Below are positions 25,341-39,662 of a DNA stretch of 58,752 nucleotides, one piece after another. Within the stretch, counting starts at the first letter, position 1. Each line of letters starts with the position of its first letter. Under the pieces are notes generated by a model that ran no database searches, had not been told where the DNA came from, and saw only the letters and a list, made by a program, of their open reading frames with translations. Source of the DNA: Octopus sinensis (lineage: Eukaryota); the NCBI RefSeq assembly GCF_006345805.1, contig NW_021833861.1, forward strand, positions 1-58,752, in the 5' to 3' direction. Made by a program: the position numbers and the translations under genes.

Positions 25341-25551
25341 TGCCCACATATGCACGCGCGCACACACACACACACACCACACAGATATATACGTATAGAT
25401 GTAAGTATGTACATATACATATGCATATATGGATATATATTATTTATATTATATATATATATGTATATGTATTATGTATGCATGTATGTATATCTATGAA
25501 TCTAACTATCTATCTATCTATGTATATATGTATGTATATATATATATATAA

Positions 25552-25606
<55 letters not shown>

Positions 25607-25718
25607 ATGTATATGTATTATGTATGCATGTATGTATATCTATGAATCTAACTATCTATCTATCTATGTATATATGTATGTATATATATATATATAAAGA
25701 TATATATATATATATATA

Positions 25719-25763
<45 letters not shown>

Positions 25764-25764
25764 T

Positions 25765-25796
<32 letters not shown>

Positions 25797-25902
25797 AGGA
25801 AAATACTACAAGGTAGAGAATGCTAAATACTTTTACCATGAAGATAATTTTAGTCTTTGCAACTTTTTCAACTTAGACAAGAGCATGATGAAACAATTAC
25901 AT

Positions 25903-26145
25903 TCTCTTTTACTCTCTTTTACTTGTTTCAGTCATTTGACTGCGGCCATGCTGGAGCACCACCTTTAGTCATGCAAATCGACCCTGGGACTTATTCTTTG
26001 TAAGCCCAGTACTTATTCTATCGGTCTCTTTTGCCGAACCGCTAAGTAACGGGGACGTAAACACACCAGCATCGATTGTCAAGCAATGCTAGGGGGACAA
26101 ACACAGACACACAAACACACACACACACATACATATACATATTTA
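25903..26145 (-). mobile_element. SINE family 1, 3' half
   Basis: Matches the tail half of 564-1091. Confidence 0.9.
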
Positions 26146-26148
26146 CGA

Positions 26149-26149
<1 letters not shown>

Positions 26150-26179
<30 letters not shown>

Positions 26180-26263
26180 AAGAAGAAGAAGAAGAAGAAG
26201 AAGAAGAAGAAGAAGAAGAAGAAGAAGAAGAAGAAGAAGAAGAAGAAGAAGAAGAAGAAGAAG
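26150..26263. repeat. Pure (AAG)n, about 38 units
   Basis: Directly visible. Confidence 0.97.
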
Positions 26264-26399
26264 AGGGCGTAGGGAAAGAGGATACACAATAAGATAAATA
26301 CGGTGGTGGTATGGCAGTAGTAAGATGTTGGTGGATTGCTCTTAAATGGTCAAATGAATATATGGTTTTCAATATTTGCGTGAGTATTATTCTACAACC

Positions 26400-27420
26400 C
26401 TTGTAGTAGTGTCATTTCTGTTGGAGTCATTCAAAAGCTATATTTTGCGATAAAATATGACTCTGTGTTAATGCGCTGATTATAGGTTGCATCATCTCTA
26501 AATTTATAGAGGGGAAATATTCTTAAGTTGGGTTGTACTTTCGTGGGGCAAATGTCGATGTGCTCACTCAATGCTATTTTTCTGTATTCCCAAATTTTAA
26601 TCTGGGATCAATGCAGTGTCATCCTTTGGCGTAGAATGTTTTTGATTTGGCCTATGTACTGCTCTCGACACTCTGAGCGAGCTAATACACTAATAGCTTT
26701 TCCGAAGCAAATGTGAAGTTGTTTTTCAGTGTAAAACATTGATTCTGTTTGAAGGAAAACTCGGATATTTCAATTAGGTTGACGCATATACCACAGACAG
26801 GTCTTCTGCATTTTTACGGACAGCTTTAGTGTTGCTGCTGAGTGTATTTGTGCTTGTATTTGGAGACTTTACATAGACTTGGGTGTGCGTTTGGAGGATT
26901 AAATTCATTCTGTAGTCCCTCTTTAGTAGAGGAAAGTTCTGGATGTTGATGTCGAAGGCTTTATTGTTAAGTGAGTTGTGTGTGGAGATGTGTGGTAGGG
27001 CCTTTGTTTGTAATTCCTTCTTCAGTTTGGGATGTTTGAGTTTGTGGATATTGAGTTATAGGACACGCCGAAAGCCTATATCATTTAACGATGGGGGAGT
27101 AGTTCTTGGTGATGAGTGTATCCTTTAGTTCACGTAGTTGTGTGTTCCTGGTGTTTGTATTAGAAACTATAGTATACATCCTTTCTGCCAAGTTGGATAT
27201 TCCGTCTAGTGTGTCTGAGGTAACATGAGGTAAATGGTAGATATTGCTTGGAGTTCGCGGGTTTATAGTATATATGTTTCTATTTTGTTGTTGGATTTCC
27301 TAATGGGGATGTCGAGGAATGGAAGTTGTTGATGGCTATATTCCAACGTAAATTGAATGTTTATGTCAAGTCCATTTATAAATGCTTGAAATTCTTTATG
27401 TTTTTCTGTAATTCCATGCC
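26400..27420 (-). mobile_element. Decayed AT-rich Neptune-type PLE fragment (RT thumb, Cys linker, GIY-YIG)
   Basis: FINGLDINIQFTLEYSHQQLPFLDI; YYKPANSKQYLPFTSC; KCRRPVCGIC; EQYIGQIKNILRQRMTLH; with stops and frameshifts. Confidence 0.8.
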
Positions 27421-29313
27421 ATTCAACTACGGTTGTAGTTGAATGATATGCTTAAGGCAACAACTTACTCACATGCGGCATTTTTCAGAGCTTATCGCTA
27501 ATTCAGTGCTTAACCCAATTGAAAGCTGTTAACATTTTTCAAGAAGATAAGGCCCCTAGCTACCATTTGGCATTAAAAAAAATTGTTATTTGGTCCAGTA
27601 CAAAAAGTCTACATTAAAATTTGTAGCAATGTTATAGAAGAGTACGTAGCCCCTCCAATCACGTTTAGATCGAAATAACTATTTTCTTTTAAAAGCAAAA
27701 TATATTTCTCTTGGATTCAATGACAGACGAAAGCATGAAGAATTTGATAGTTTTGATCCCGTACAACAAACTATGGCATCAAAAGAGTTGTGAGCTAAAA
27801 TATCACGAAAAATATATAAGTAAAGCAAAAAATTGGACTTAAGTATAATTATTTTTTTAAATTTTAAAACAAATTATATTTGAAATAAGATTAAATGATA
27901 GAGCTTAATTCTAGAAATTTCATGGTATCACTCTCATGTAATGAAGTTTTAAAAGAAAAACTTTAAGGGTGTTTGTTTCTCAAATTTGAGGGTGATAATA
28001 TAGTTCTATACTTTTCCATGGATAATATTCTATAAGGGACTTTTGAAGTAAGGAAAAAATTATCAACGACAGTGCTGATTGACACATTTGACGCATTATA
28101 ACTACCATACTAGCATAGCCTGCAAAAAATGGAAAAATGCGAAGAAGAGGAATAATATTCTTAAGATTATAAACTTGGAAAAGTACAAGACAAGTCATTC
28201 ATTTGAAAAAGTTCAGGACAAATTATTACATCTGGTAAAGTACAGAACAAGATATTATTTACTTAAGATATTGCAGCTAATGATAAAATTTGAATATTAA
28301 AATTTATTTCATTTCAATTTACAAAGTAATATTACAATTAATAAAGGTATCATGATTTTGTTAAAATATTGACACACTGGAATACTTAAAGAATGAGAGC
28401 CAGAAGAACCAATATAGCTAAAGTTTTATCCAAAGTTGAACAGTGTATATAGTCGGCAAATTCATTATGTACAAAATAGAAGTTGTTTCAAGACTAAAAA
28501 TTTTGAAGACATGTCAATGACTTTGGCAATAATTCAAGCAAATTGTACTGTGAATTTGCTGTTATAGGTAGATTTTACTGTAATACATAACTAATTTTGT
28601 ATTATTCTATTTATTGTACTATGTACTACTTTCTTCTTTTATAACCTATTTTCAAATTTCTAATTATTATTTAATAATTTAAAAAATGATTTATTTTAAG
28701 TGCGAAATATATTTTAATGGAGTTATTTTTAATTTTTCATAGAGGTAACAAAAAATAAATAGAAGTAATAACTTGTAATAATATTTTTAGTTTTAATAAA
28801 TGTTAATATTTTCTAAATCTAATAATTTATTTGAAATCTTATCCTTAGCTGCAATATTTTAAGTAAAAATTTTCTTGTTCTGTACTTTACCAGATGTAAT
28901 AACTTGTCCTGTACCTTACCAGATGTAATAACATGTATCAGTACTTTTCCAAATTTACGATCTTAAGGATATTATTTCTGTTGTTCGCAATTTGCCATGT
29001 AATCTATGTATGTATATGAATTTGTTTTCGTAATTCTAAACTAAGTCACAATGTTTGAGGAAGTTGCTTTAAAGACAATAAAACAGATGAATATACATAC
29101 ATATATTTATGTGTGCGTGTATTTGTGTGCACGTGTATGTCTGTATATGGTGGTGTGTGCGCGTATTCTGTATATCTATGAAGATACACATATGGTCTAT
29201 ATAGATATAAATATAAACATACATCTATCTGTTTATATATATACATATGTATCTATATCTATACCCGTCTATCTATTTATGTATGTATCTATTTCTCTCT
29301 TTCTCTCTCTCTC

Positions 29314-29380
<67 letters not shown>

Positions 29381-30989
29381 TATATATATACATACATATA
29401 CATATATATATAAACACATACATATATGCAGATATATATTTTACTTACAAACTCCATATACAATTCTATATTTCTTTTGATATGAACTACATCATAATCG
29501 TCGTCGTCGTCGTCGTCATAATTACGTCAGTATATCTGCCAGAGGATTGACATGTTTGACCTGGTTTAGTCAATGGATGTCATACACATTTCAATTCGCA
29601 TCTTCTCCTTGGAATGTATTTTTGATGTGTTTGATTGTGAAGTTAGGATGGACACCGTAAACACTCGAAGTTCTGTCAAATTACCTATTTTCGTACTCTG
29701 CTTAAAATTATTCTAGAGGAAATTTCTTCACAACCAATGTCATTCACAAATTTTTGTATTTATTATATTTATATTTCTTTGTCCGTTCACCTATTTTGGT
29801 TTATTTATTTTGGTTTATTTTATAATATTGTTTCCGTTTTTATTTTTATTTCTTTTCTTCTCATTATTGTTTTCTTTTCCGTTAGCTTTTATATTATTGT
29901 TCATTTTTCCTTCTTTTTATGTTTTCAATCAGAAATATTTTCGATTGCTTAAAATCAACTCCTGCGAACATACTGAGAAAACAGTATTGCATGCAAATGA
30001 TGTGATTTTCATCTTTCATTATGGTAGCTCTATTGTATATATGGACGCCATCTTAGTAAGTGAAATTGGTTCAGAAAGTTAACTCTCGATTGGACGGTAA
30101 ATCGACTCGATATACATATAGAATTTATGCTTGGTAGGATAGATTTTGAATTCACATTGATAATAAGCTCCGAGCAAATACAGATGATCACAAAAGAAGG
30201 AACGTTCTTTTATTGAAACAATGACAATCACTCACACAAATAAACAAACTCGACACAAACGATAGAACGAATAAAAATCATTTATATTAATAGATGGTTT
30301 TATGAATTAAGTTGATCTATCAGTTTGCTTAAATGATTGCATTCAGATACAATCTCGAATAATTTTGCGCTATATCAAACAAAGAGGTTTATATACAATG
30401 GTGATATCTTCGTAAAAACTCTTCGTAAATCCATACTGTTTTCGCTCAATTTATGCAATAAATCACGCAATTTATGGAATTTCTAACTCATAACAGATTT
30501 CAGTAATGACATTGATCAGATGATTATAAATGTCTAGATCTGATAATTGTAAAAGTTTGCACAGTTAGTAAGAATTAACGGTTCATTGGCTATCCCTATT
30601 ACAGAAACCTGTCCTCGTTTTTGCCCGCTAATGTCTGAACGAATCTACTGAATGAGTTGCTTAGCTGTGAATTAGTATGAGTAGATGTATTGTACCACTT
30701 TAATGCTACTTTATATACTAACATAACACATGTTCTCATTTCCATTGTAACCGTCGATATTTTTCTACATCGTAAACATATATTACCTTCTTTTATTTGT
30801 AAAGTGCTATACGTTCTCTGCATTATTCATAAGCCTTCGGTAAGCTATGCCAGCGATACAGTTTCAATTCACAGACGATCTTGCTCAATATATCTTCCGC
30901 CTTTTCAACATTCTCCCGTTTGTAACCAAAGAAGCTGGTAGATACCCCAGTGGGTACAATACACAGTAATATTCTATCTTTTGAAGAAC

Positions 30990-31190
30990 ACGGGCTGGTA
31001 GACTCGTTACCACAGCGGGAAAAATATTTAGCGGCTTTGATTCCCGGCCCTTTATGTCCTGTGTTCCTATGTCTCTGAGGCTGAATTTTACTTTTCATTA
31101 TTTTTGGGTCGATAAAATAAGTATAATTTGAACACTGGTGTCGATGCAATCATCTCCCACTCCCTCTCCAAATTGCTGACCTTTTGCTAA
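30990..31190 (+). mobile_element. SINE family 2, diverged
   Basis: TTTTCATT..GGGTCGATAAAATAAGT..ACACTGGTGTCGATG central domain. Confidence 0.6.
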
Positions 31191-32699
31191 TATTAGAAAC
31201 ATTATTAATCTCTCCTTGGCAATACTCCACTGTGCTTATCGTAAAATAAATATACTTCTTAATCATTGAAACCATGCAAATCTAATTATTTCACCGTTGT
31301 TCTTATCGACAGAATTAATTAGTGATTAGTTGCACGTTCAAAGAAATTCAATTAACGTACATGCAGATGAAAGTTACCTGGTTTGTAAATTCTCGCTACC
31401 AATAATCGAAAGAAGAATCTTCTTCTTCGAAACGACATACGCACCTACCTCAAATCCAAGCATTTCCAATTTAAATTTAAAAATAAATACAGGAGACGAT
31501 GCAATTCTGTTTGGAATACAGAAGGCTGTATACACACGCTTCTGAAAATCCACTGATCCCTTTGCTCATAGTTCAAATAGAGCGGAGGTTACCTGGAGCG
31601 AAACATGGCCACTACATCGGGAGTCCTATAAAATACACACACACACACACACATATGCGTGTGTATATGTAATCATTTCTATTTGATATTCACTATTTTC
31701 AACAAAACAAGTAATTTACAGAGTATTCTTAGCGTCTTTGTTTTTCCCGTTATCGTTGAGTTTGTTGAATAAATCTTAAACACGACCAGATCAACCAATC
31801 CACGATCAGACACTTTCCATTCTAAATATTTAAAATTTCAATATTATTCAAGTAGCACAGTGTTACATAATGTATACTTTCTGTTTAACATCTGTGAGGT
31901 ATAATTTGAGTGAGGTTTAGCTGCTATTACTAATAGATCTACTGACTGTCTAGAAGCACCCTCGTTGACTCAGCAGACTGGAAAATTTTCTTAATGTGGC
32001 GAAGTTTTATTCTGCTCCATATTTATAGATCTGTTTTATATTTTTGATATTGCATAATCATAATATAAATTTTTATCTCATGTTCATTTTACTATTCTCC
32101 TTACACTTGCTTCTCTTAACTCTCTGACTTTTTATTTCCAAGGCAAACATGTTCAAATTTATTGGTTGTAGAATTTTATTTTATTTTTTTGTATTTTTTT
32201 CTTCTCTGTAGCGTGACTTTAAACTTGTAGCGTCTTTTATTAATATAATTCTTAACTCAGTTTGATCAAGTACAACGATGTGTACATCGTTCTTGTTTAT
32301 TGAATTTTTACACTTCTATGTTTGTTAATGTTACGGTCGTTTGTCTTATGTTCAACTCAACAGCGATACCAAGACTTAAGAGAAATCATGGAGGTCAAAT
32401 AATTCAATAATAAATGGTTCTGCCAGTTGTAACCATAAACCAACTAACAAATTAAATTCACAAGACGTTATAAGCGTTAACAGAAGCAATTTGCCCTGAA
32501 AACTACTGTGGCGATGTTTCCAGAAAATATACCCTTTATATTCATATAACAAAAAAAGTTTTGTTTTCTGCATTGCATTGTTTATCGTCGGAAAACAACT
32601 CATAAAAATAGAAAATAAAACACTTAAAGTAACAGATTGCCGTTGTTGGCAGGCATGTTCTGATGAATCATGCGAGATTGGTGTGACAGTCTAAACATA

Positions 32700-34440
32700 T
32701 TGCACTTTCTTCTGTCCAGTTTATCTGCGTGCTTAATTAGTTCCAGTTGGTGACCAGAGAGAAGATGTGAAAGTTGGAGTCGGTCAGGGTGCAACACATC
32801 GTCTTCCTTTGCGCATATTTTTGGTATTTCGCATCCCTGAACAGTGTATGCTACAGTTCATAGTATTGATGTTGCTGCTATGTTTTGTGTGTTTCTTGCG
32901 CTTCTCTGGGCTAGCCATGAGGGTAGGATGTTGTACTATATATCTGGACATATATACATGCGTATAGAGCATTCTGCGATTTCCCCTCACTTCCAAGTGA
33001 ACTAATGCATTAGATTTTGTAGTAGTTTCTCCCGTTGCTTTTGCTGTATCTCTGTATCTAGGTAGTGTTTGTGTACATCTTGCTATGATTTACCATCCGC
33101 TAGTTTGTGTTAATTGAAGTTCATTGCGGATTGTTGAAAATATATCGTTTGCCTAATTATGACGCATAGAGTCTATGATGGCCTTAATTTGCTATTTCTT
33201 TTTGTTGGCCAAACGTGACATGTGATTACTTTCTTTACGTTTGTAATATATTTTCTTTTCTTTAGAAGATTTTGTTGTTATTGCAGACGTATTATAGGTT
33301 ACTCTTAGGATGATTGTTTTCTGTGGATGTCGTATGTTTATGGTGTTTAACATATATAGTTGATTTTCGCTGGTGTTTACATCGAAGGCGCATTGCCTAG
33401 TTGATAGATCGATGTACCCACGATCACAAGAACGTGGTTTCTATCTCGGGGCAGCTTGATATGCTGTGTTCTTGAGAAAAACATTTCACTTCGCGTTGTC
33501 CCAGCTCGTTTTGCTGGAAATGACTAATCCCGTGATCCTGTTCACTTATCCGTCATAGAAACCAAGTAATTAGTGCTATGAGTCCCAACACTCAACAGCC
33601 GTGTCCAGGGATAGTTTCCGTCGTTGTTGTTCTTGATGATGATGATGATAATCCTCATGGTAAGAAACAGTGTGGCTGTTGTGGCATCATCAGGCTGCTA
33701 TTGTAGAGAATGGTGAATAGATTCTTTAGCTGGTTTGAAGTATGTATGTAACACTCTCTGTAGGCGTTGTGAGGGTGATGCTATATGCGTACAGTGTGGT
33801 TGTTATGATTTACTGAAGTATAGAAAGATTATGTTGATATAGCTCAATAATCATGGGTAAGATGTCGCATAGATTACAAAGCTTGAAGAAAGAATTCAGT
33901 ATTCAGGAAATGCTGTTCACATACACAACATAAACATGGTAACTGCACAGTATGTTTGGTAGGCATAATTTCACATCGTTTGCATAAACGAACAGCGGGT
34001 GTTTGGAGTTGATATAGGCATGAAAATTGTTTATTTATGTAATTTATTTTACTATTTGAAATAGGATTGCCATTCATACTAAAATTTGAATCTCTGTTTC
34101 TTATTTTTTTTGTCAGATTAAACGCAACGTTGTAGATATTACAGATAACACGTTTTAACCTTTCTAGAGTGAAGGAGTGTGTTTTAATAAGATAATATCA
34201 TTTCGTTTTGAGTCTGGTTGAGATTTTAGAATTGTTAAGATAGTTCAGATAGATTCCGGATTTTAGGAAATTGTCAGACTTGATATTAAGAGATATAAAT
34301 TCTGATTGTGGGTTGTGTTTAATTCTGGGAATCTTTATGAAATTCTCTGAATTTTCCATGAAGCATACTTGGAGTTTAGGTGGTATGTCATCAATGAAGT
34401 CGTGCGTGGCGACGAAATGACGCTGACAAACGTAACCGAT
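32700..34440 (-). mobile_element. Possible very old PLE remnant
   Basis: Scattered weak motifs (ISLNIKS, SMNGNPIS, HPLFVYANDV, VTYNTS), with no long open frame. Confidence 0.25.
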
Positions 34441-34855
34441 TGTCTGACTGACCGATTAATTAAATACACAAATAAGTCGGATTGTCAGGGCTGTTGGCAG
34501 TTATGTAAAACAAGGAACTGGACCTGCGATGCTGGAGTATGTGAGTAGTAACAATCGAGGAAGAGTTAGAATCGGTGGGTGTATCGACTGCCGTGGTAAA
34601 AGTAATCGGAAGAAGTTGGGGAGAAGATGGATGAATGAGAGATAAAAAGGTAACTGTATTTACATTACACTTTTCCCTCTCCAAAACATTATCATAAGTT
34701 TGTCCGAAACGTCCATGCTTGTCTTCAATTTACTCTTGTTTTATACGTCCTGCGCAATATTATTTTTCCTTTCATAAGCCCCAAGTAACTCCTATTGTAC
34801 GAACTCGCATAAATACTTACATACATACGGACAGACATATATAAATATATATATA

Positions 34856-35267
34856 GGCGTAGGAGTGGCTGTGTGGTAAGTAGCTTGTTTACCAACCACA
34901 TGGTTCCGGGTTCAGTCCCATTACCTGGCACCTTGGGCAAGTGTCTTCTACTGTAGCCTCGGGCCGGCCAAAGCCTTGTGAGTGGATTTGGTAGACGGAA
35001 ATTGGAAGAAGCCCGTCGTATATATGTATATATATATGCGTGTGTGTGTTTGTGTGTCTGTGTTTGTCCCCCTAGCATTGCATGACAACCGATGCTGGTG
35101 TGTTTACGTCCCCGTTACTTAGCGGTTCGGCAAAAGAGGCTGATAGAATAAGTACTGGGCTTACAAAAGAATAAGTCCCGGGGTCGAGTTGCTCGATTAA
35201 AGTCGGTGCTCCAGCATGGCCGCAGTCAAATGACTGAAACAAGTAAAAGAGTAAAAGAGTAAAAGAG
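34856..35267 (+). mobile_element. SINE family 1, full length
   Basis: GGCGTAGGAGTGGCTGTGTGG (A-box-like), GGGTTCAGTCCC (B-box-like), CCTTGGGCAAGTGTC core, and (AGTAAAAG)n tail. Confidence 0.95.
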
Positions 35268-36060
35268 ATATGTACATATGTCTATACGCATTAATGCGTA
35301 GCGTTTGAAAACAAGATTATCAGTTTTTATACAAACCAAAGAATTCATTTCAATGTTGAAAACTGGTCACATTTTATCAACTTTTCATGAATTCCAAGTT
35401 AAAACCAAACACTTTTATTAACATTTTTCATACATATACTAATTTTTGCTTCTTATATAATTGTAATTAATTGCAGAATACAAATTACACTTAATACGTG
35501 CATTGGTGAATACTTGCCTATATGGAAAAGGCAATACAACAACGTATGCTTCCATGAATCTTACACCTCATTGAAATGCAGTTAATCGAACACAAAACTG
35601 ATGGAGTCTGTTAAGTTTCAAATCTACTTCCATTTAAATTCACTTCAAGTTTGTGGTTTGGTGGTCAACAAAACCAAAAAGACACGATATAAATATTTAT
35701 TTATTCATTGATTAACTTGGAAAGTCGCTGATAATTTCTATTTGCTTCGATGTCAGAAATGTTAGAATATTGGGAAAAAAAAGCTTTGTTTCATTTGTTT
35801 CGTCCTTTAGGTCTTCTAATAAAACTCCTTGCCTATCGAAATTTGCATTTCATTCCTCCAAGGTACCAGCGATGGACTTTGGTGAATTTAATAAACGAAT
35901 TATTTTCTCTAAAAATTGATAGCCATGAACTATAAATCGCAAATATTGAAAACTGCCTGTTGAGATACTCTGTAGGCGCAAGAAGACTGCACTTGGAGAC
36001 AACATGATCAACGGTTTCATTTTACTGTTGACATATACGACATGTTGGGAGCCTGTCGTT

Positions 36061-36189
36061 CTTCTTCTTCTTCTTCTTCTTCTTCTTCTTCTTCTTCTTC
36101 TTCTTCTTCTTCTTCTTCTTCTTCTTCTTCTTCTTCTTCTTCTTCTTCTTCTTCTTCTTCTTCTTCTTCTTCTTCTTCTTCTTCTTCTT
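36061..36189. repeat. Pure (CTT)n, about 43 units, followed by a degenerate (AGT)n
   Basis: Directly visible. Confidence 0.97.
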
Positions 36190-36666
36190 TTTGTCATTAT
36201 TATTTGTAGCAGCATTAGTAGTGGTGGCAGCATCGGTGGAAGTAATAGTAGTAGTAGTAGTATCTGTAGCCGTAGTAGTAGTATTTGTAGCCGTGGTAGT
36301 ATTAGTAGTAGCAGTAGTAGTAGTAGATGTAGTAGTAGTATTCTGTAGTCGTATTGTTTAACACTTGCTTTGAGAACTTCCGAATTCCCGAATGCAGCTC
36401 TGTGTGCCATGGATACTTACGAAGTTTGTTTGGGTCTTGTTATTGTCAATGTAGGGCTAGATCTCTACAAATAGAGCTCTCTGTAGTTCTAACGTTTTTA
36501 AAATGCAAATATTTGTACTTCATTGTTAGTGCTTATCTACATGTTTTCCAATTAGTTCCACATCATCTGTCATATAGTGATTTCCTCTATTTCTTATGTC
36601 TATTTCTTATTATTTGAATAATTCCTTTACTTATTATCTTCATTTTCATATCTTGGTTTTTTAGTG

Positions 36667-36885
36667 CGACAAGCTGGCCGAATCGTTACATTCTGGACAA
36701 AATGATCAGCAGGATTGTATCCAGCTCAATATACTTTGAATTCAAATATCGCTGCAGTTAACTTTGCCTTTCATCCTTTTGTGGCAGACAAAATAAGTAC
36801 CAGTCGAACACTGGAGTTGATATAATCAAATTACACCCAGCTCCCTAAAATCGCTGATCTTGTGCCTAAATTTGACACGATTATA
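36667..36885 (+). mobile_element. SINE family 2, diverged
   Basis: AAGCTGGCCGAATCGTTA head; TTGCCTTTCATCCTTT..AAAATAAGTACCAG domain. Confidence 0.75.
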
Positions 36886-38068
36886 TTTTCGGTGTAATTT
36901 TTCGATTAGGGCACTTACCTTTTTCTAGAAATCCTTGACACATCATTACGTTAATACACCCAACATATATCGTTATGTCTTTTGAAATATCCCGGCTATG
37001 ACTTCTTTGCCAGGCACAAGGATATTTTCTGGTGTATACCAATGTCATTTTCCTTTCTGTATGTATTTCATAATTCTCGCAAATCTAGCAATATGATTCC
37101 TAAGTCCAAATTTTGTCATAACTAACGAGCATTTTCTGATATCTGTCCGACATTACGTTATAAACTTGATTTGAAATAAATCAAATCTTTTATGGAATCT
37201 AATACATAAAGTACTGAATATAAACTGATTTAATCACATTTCCGCTGAATATTTTTGAATCTCTACTACTATCAAAAGCCATTTACTTTTACCAACGGAT
37301 TGTTGCCAAAATTTAATAGAGATGTTCATCCGTGCATAATCATTGCATAATTGTTTTAGTCTCTCATTTGCCATTGAGGATGTGATTTCTGGCAAAATTT
37401 AATGCAATCTGAAATGACCATTTGGGAATTGGAGAGTAATGAATTATTATCAATCAAAATCTATATCGTTGTTCTTTATCAATTTTATTGATCTCCATAA
37501 ATACATCACTAATGTATACTGCTAAACTGGAAATTTCTTTACTTTTGGTGCGGAGTTTAATGCAAAACTTTTATTATGAGTTTTAACACGCTTTATACAG
37601 CATCCACTTATTGTATTGCTGCTACCGAGAAAGTGATTTCCTTCTGGGGGAACAGAAAGCTTCAATAGTTGCTTCTATTGATAAATATTTGACCTTAAGT
37701 AACGTTGAGTATTCCCGCGAATGGTGAATTTATTAGATTTTGTAACCTTAATTGTGATATCAGTTATAGTTTAGCTATAGTTTAGCTTGTGATAGATATC
37801 TGCTTCAATGTTACATTTCAAATTTAATGTTACATCAAATGATTGTCTCATGCGGCACAGAAAGGTATAATTGAAGACAATAAAAAAGAAATATAAATAT
37901 TAATCAAAATGTAAAAATGTGCATTCATGCATTCGAAGCCTAGACCTCGCTCTGCCATTTCTAGTTTGTGTTTTTTCCAACCAGTTTGTCAAAGATCCAA
38001 AATCCATACACTCAAAAACAAACACAAACACACACATACATAAACACACACATTTACGTCTATATATA

Positions 38069-38324
38069 GGTGCAGGAGTGGCTGTGTGGTAGGTAGCTTG
38101 CTTACCAACCAGATGGTTATAGGTTCAGTCCCACTTTGTGGCAACTTGGGCAAGTGTTTCTACTATATCCTCGGGCTTCTTTCGGTTTTCGTCTAACAAT
38201 TCCACTCACAAGGCGTTGGTCGGCCCGAGGATATAGTAGGAACTCTCGCCCAAGGTGCCACGAAGAGGAACTGAACTTGTAACCATGTGGTTGGTAAGCA
38301 AGCTACTTACTACACAGCCACTCC

Positions 38325-38329
<5 letters not shown>
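38069..38329. mobile_element. Two partial SINE family 1 heads fused tail-to-tail
   Basis: Plus copy 38069-38176 and minus copy 38172-38329, sharing CGGGC at the junction. Confidence 0.85.
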
Positions 38330-38406
<77 letters not shown>

Positions 38407-38411
<5 letters not shown>

Positions 38412-38537
38412 TTTATTATATAGAAGGAGCTTCTACAGGACTAGAACTGTTTCATTCAAGAGAAATCTTCACTGAAGATTTCTCTTGAATGAAACAGTTC
38501 TAGTCCTGTAGAAGCTCCTTCTATATAATAAATTAAT
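38407..38537. repeat. Perfect palindrome, 65-bp arms with a 1-nt centre (38472)
   Basis: ATTAATTTATTATATAGAAGGAGC...GAAATCTTCA-C-TGAAGATTTC...GCTCCTTCTATATAATAAATTAAT, checked base by base at the ends and the centre. Confidence 0.97.
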
Positions 38538-38598
38538 TTTACTCTGCTATGTATTGAGTACCTTATTTACTGTGGTTACCCCGAATCAACCCGGGACC

Positions 38599-38687
<89 letters not shown>

Positions 38688-38699
38688 TATACATACATA

Positions 38700-39400
38700 T
38701 CCCTTCGGCACATATTTTAACCACCAAGTGTCGAAGTGCATCGCTTAAGAAACTATGCATAGATGATCCTCATGATATTATAAGACTCCTGTGCAGCATT
38801 CCTTGTTTGATAATCTTTACTACATACCCAAAGAAGCTGGACGAATCTACTCCGACGTATCGTCATATGAAAGGATGAGCATATTTGAGATGAAGACTAT
38901 GCATGGATATCTTAGTAGAAAGCTCCAAGGTGATAGTAACAGTGATCATCAAAGCAATCTATCATGGTCCATTAACCGGATTATTACCTCTCCCTTTGAA
39001 GGGTATGCGTTTGCAATCCAGGAACAGGAAATATCAACCAAATATCTAATGTACAAAGGGAACAGAGATGCAGGAAAAGCAGTAAAATATGACAACTAAT
39101 TTAGACATTGTGAGGTTAACACCGAAGATATCTTCCACATCATAAGCAGTTTTCCGAAAATGTCATTACGGTATGATCTAACGATGAGATATGATTTTGT
39201 AGCTAGGACATTCTATAATAAAATCCGTTGGAAGGATAATCCCGATGACAAAGAAATAAGAACTCACAGTATTGTAGAATACATAGCCACTCATGTAACA
39301 CACTACCTAAATACCAACCTTGAGAAATTAGGCTTCTCACAACCAGAAAGGACAAAGCTGATTCAAAGACTACAGATTCACTCCATCAGTGGAACTGTAA
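38700..39400 (+). mobile_element. Decayed Dong/R4-type LINE fragment (post-RT linker and CCHC knuckle)
   Basis: LYYIPKEAGR; MHGYLSR; FEGYAFAIQEQEISTKY; degenerate C-x2-C-x8-H knuckle (FRHCEVNTEDIFHII); MRYDFVAR. Confidence 0.7.
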
Positions 39401-39545
39401 ATATATGATCCAAACTATCACTAGAACTGTAAAAATCTGTAAAGCGTATCATTGTGTGTGTGTGTGTGCATGTCTAGATATGCATGTAAATGCATGCGAA
39501 AACACATAAAACAAAACATACGATTCTACACATATACATGCACAT

Positions 39546-39662
<117 letters not shown>

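Noticed and set aside
25455-25760. ~145-bp tandem duplication within TA-rich DNA
   Set aside because: Ordinary slippage, or an assembly artefact in low-complexity sequence.
34856-34930. tRNA-like A/B boxes here and in other SINE heads
   Set aside because: No cloverleaf or acceptor stem; they are contiguous with SINE bodies, so not tRNA genes.
35850-36410. 114-aa and 186-aa ORFs resembling a signal peptide/TM protein or a poly-Arg protein
   Set aside because: Fully explained by (CTT)43 plus a degenerate (AGT)n.
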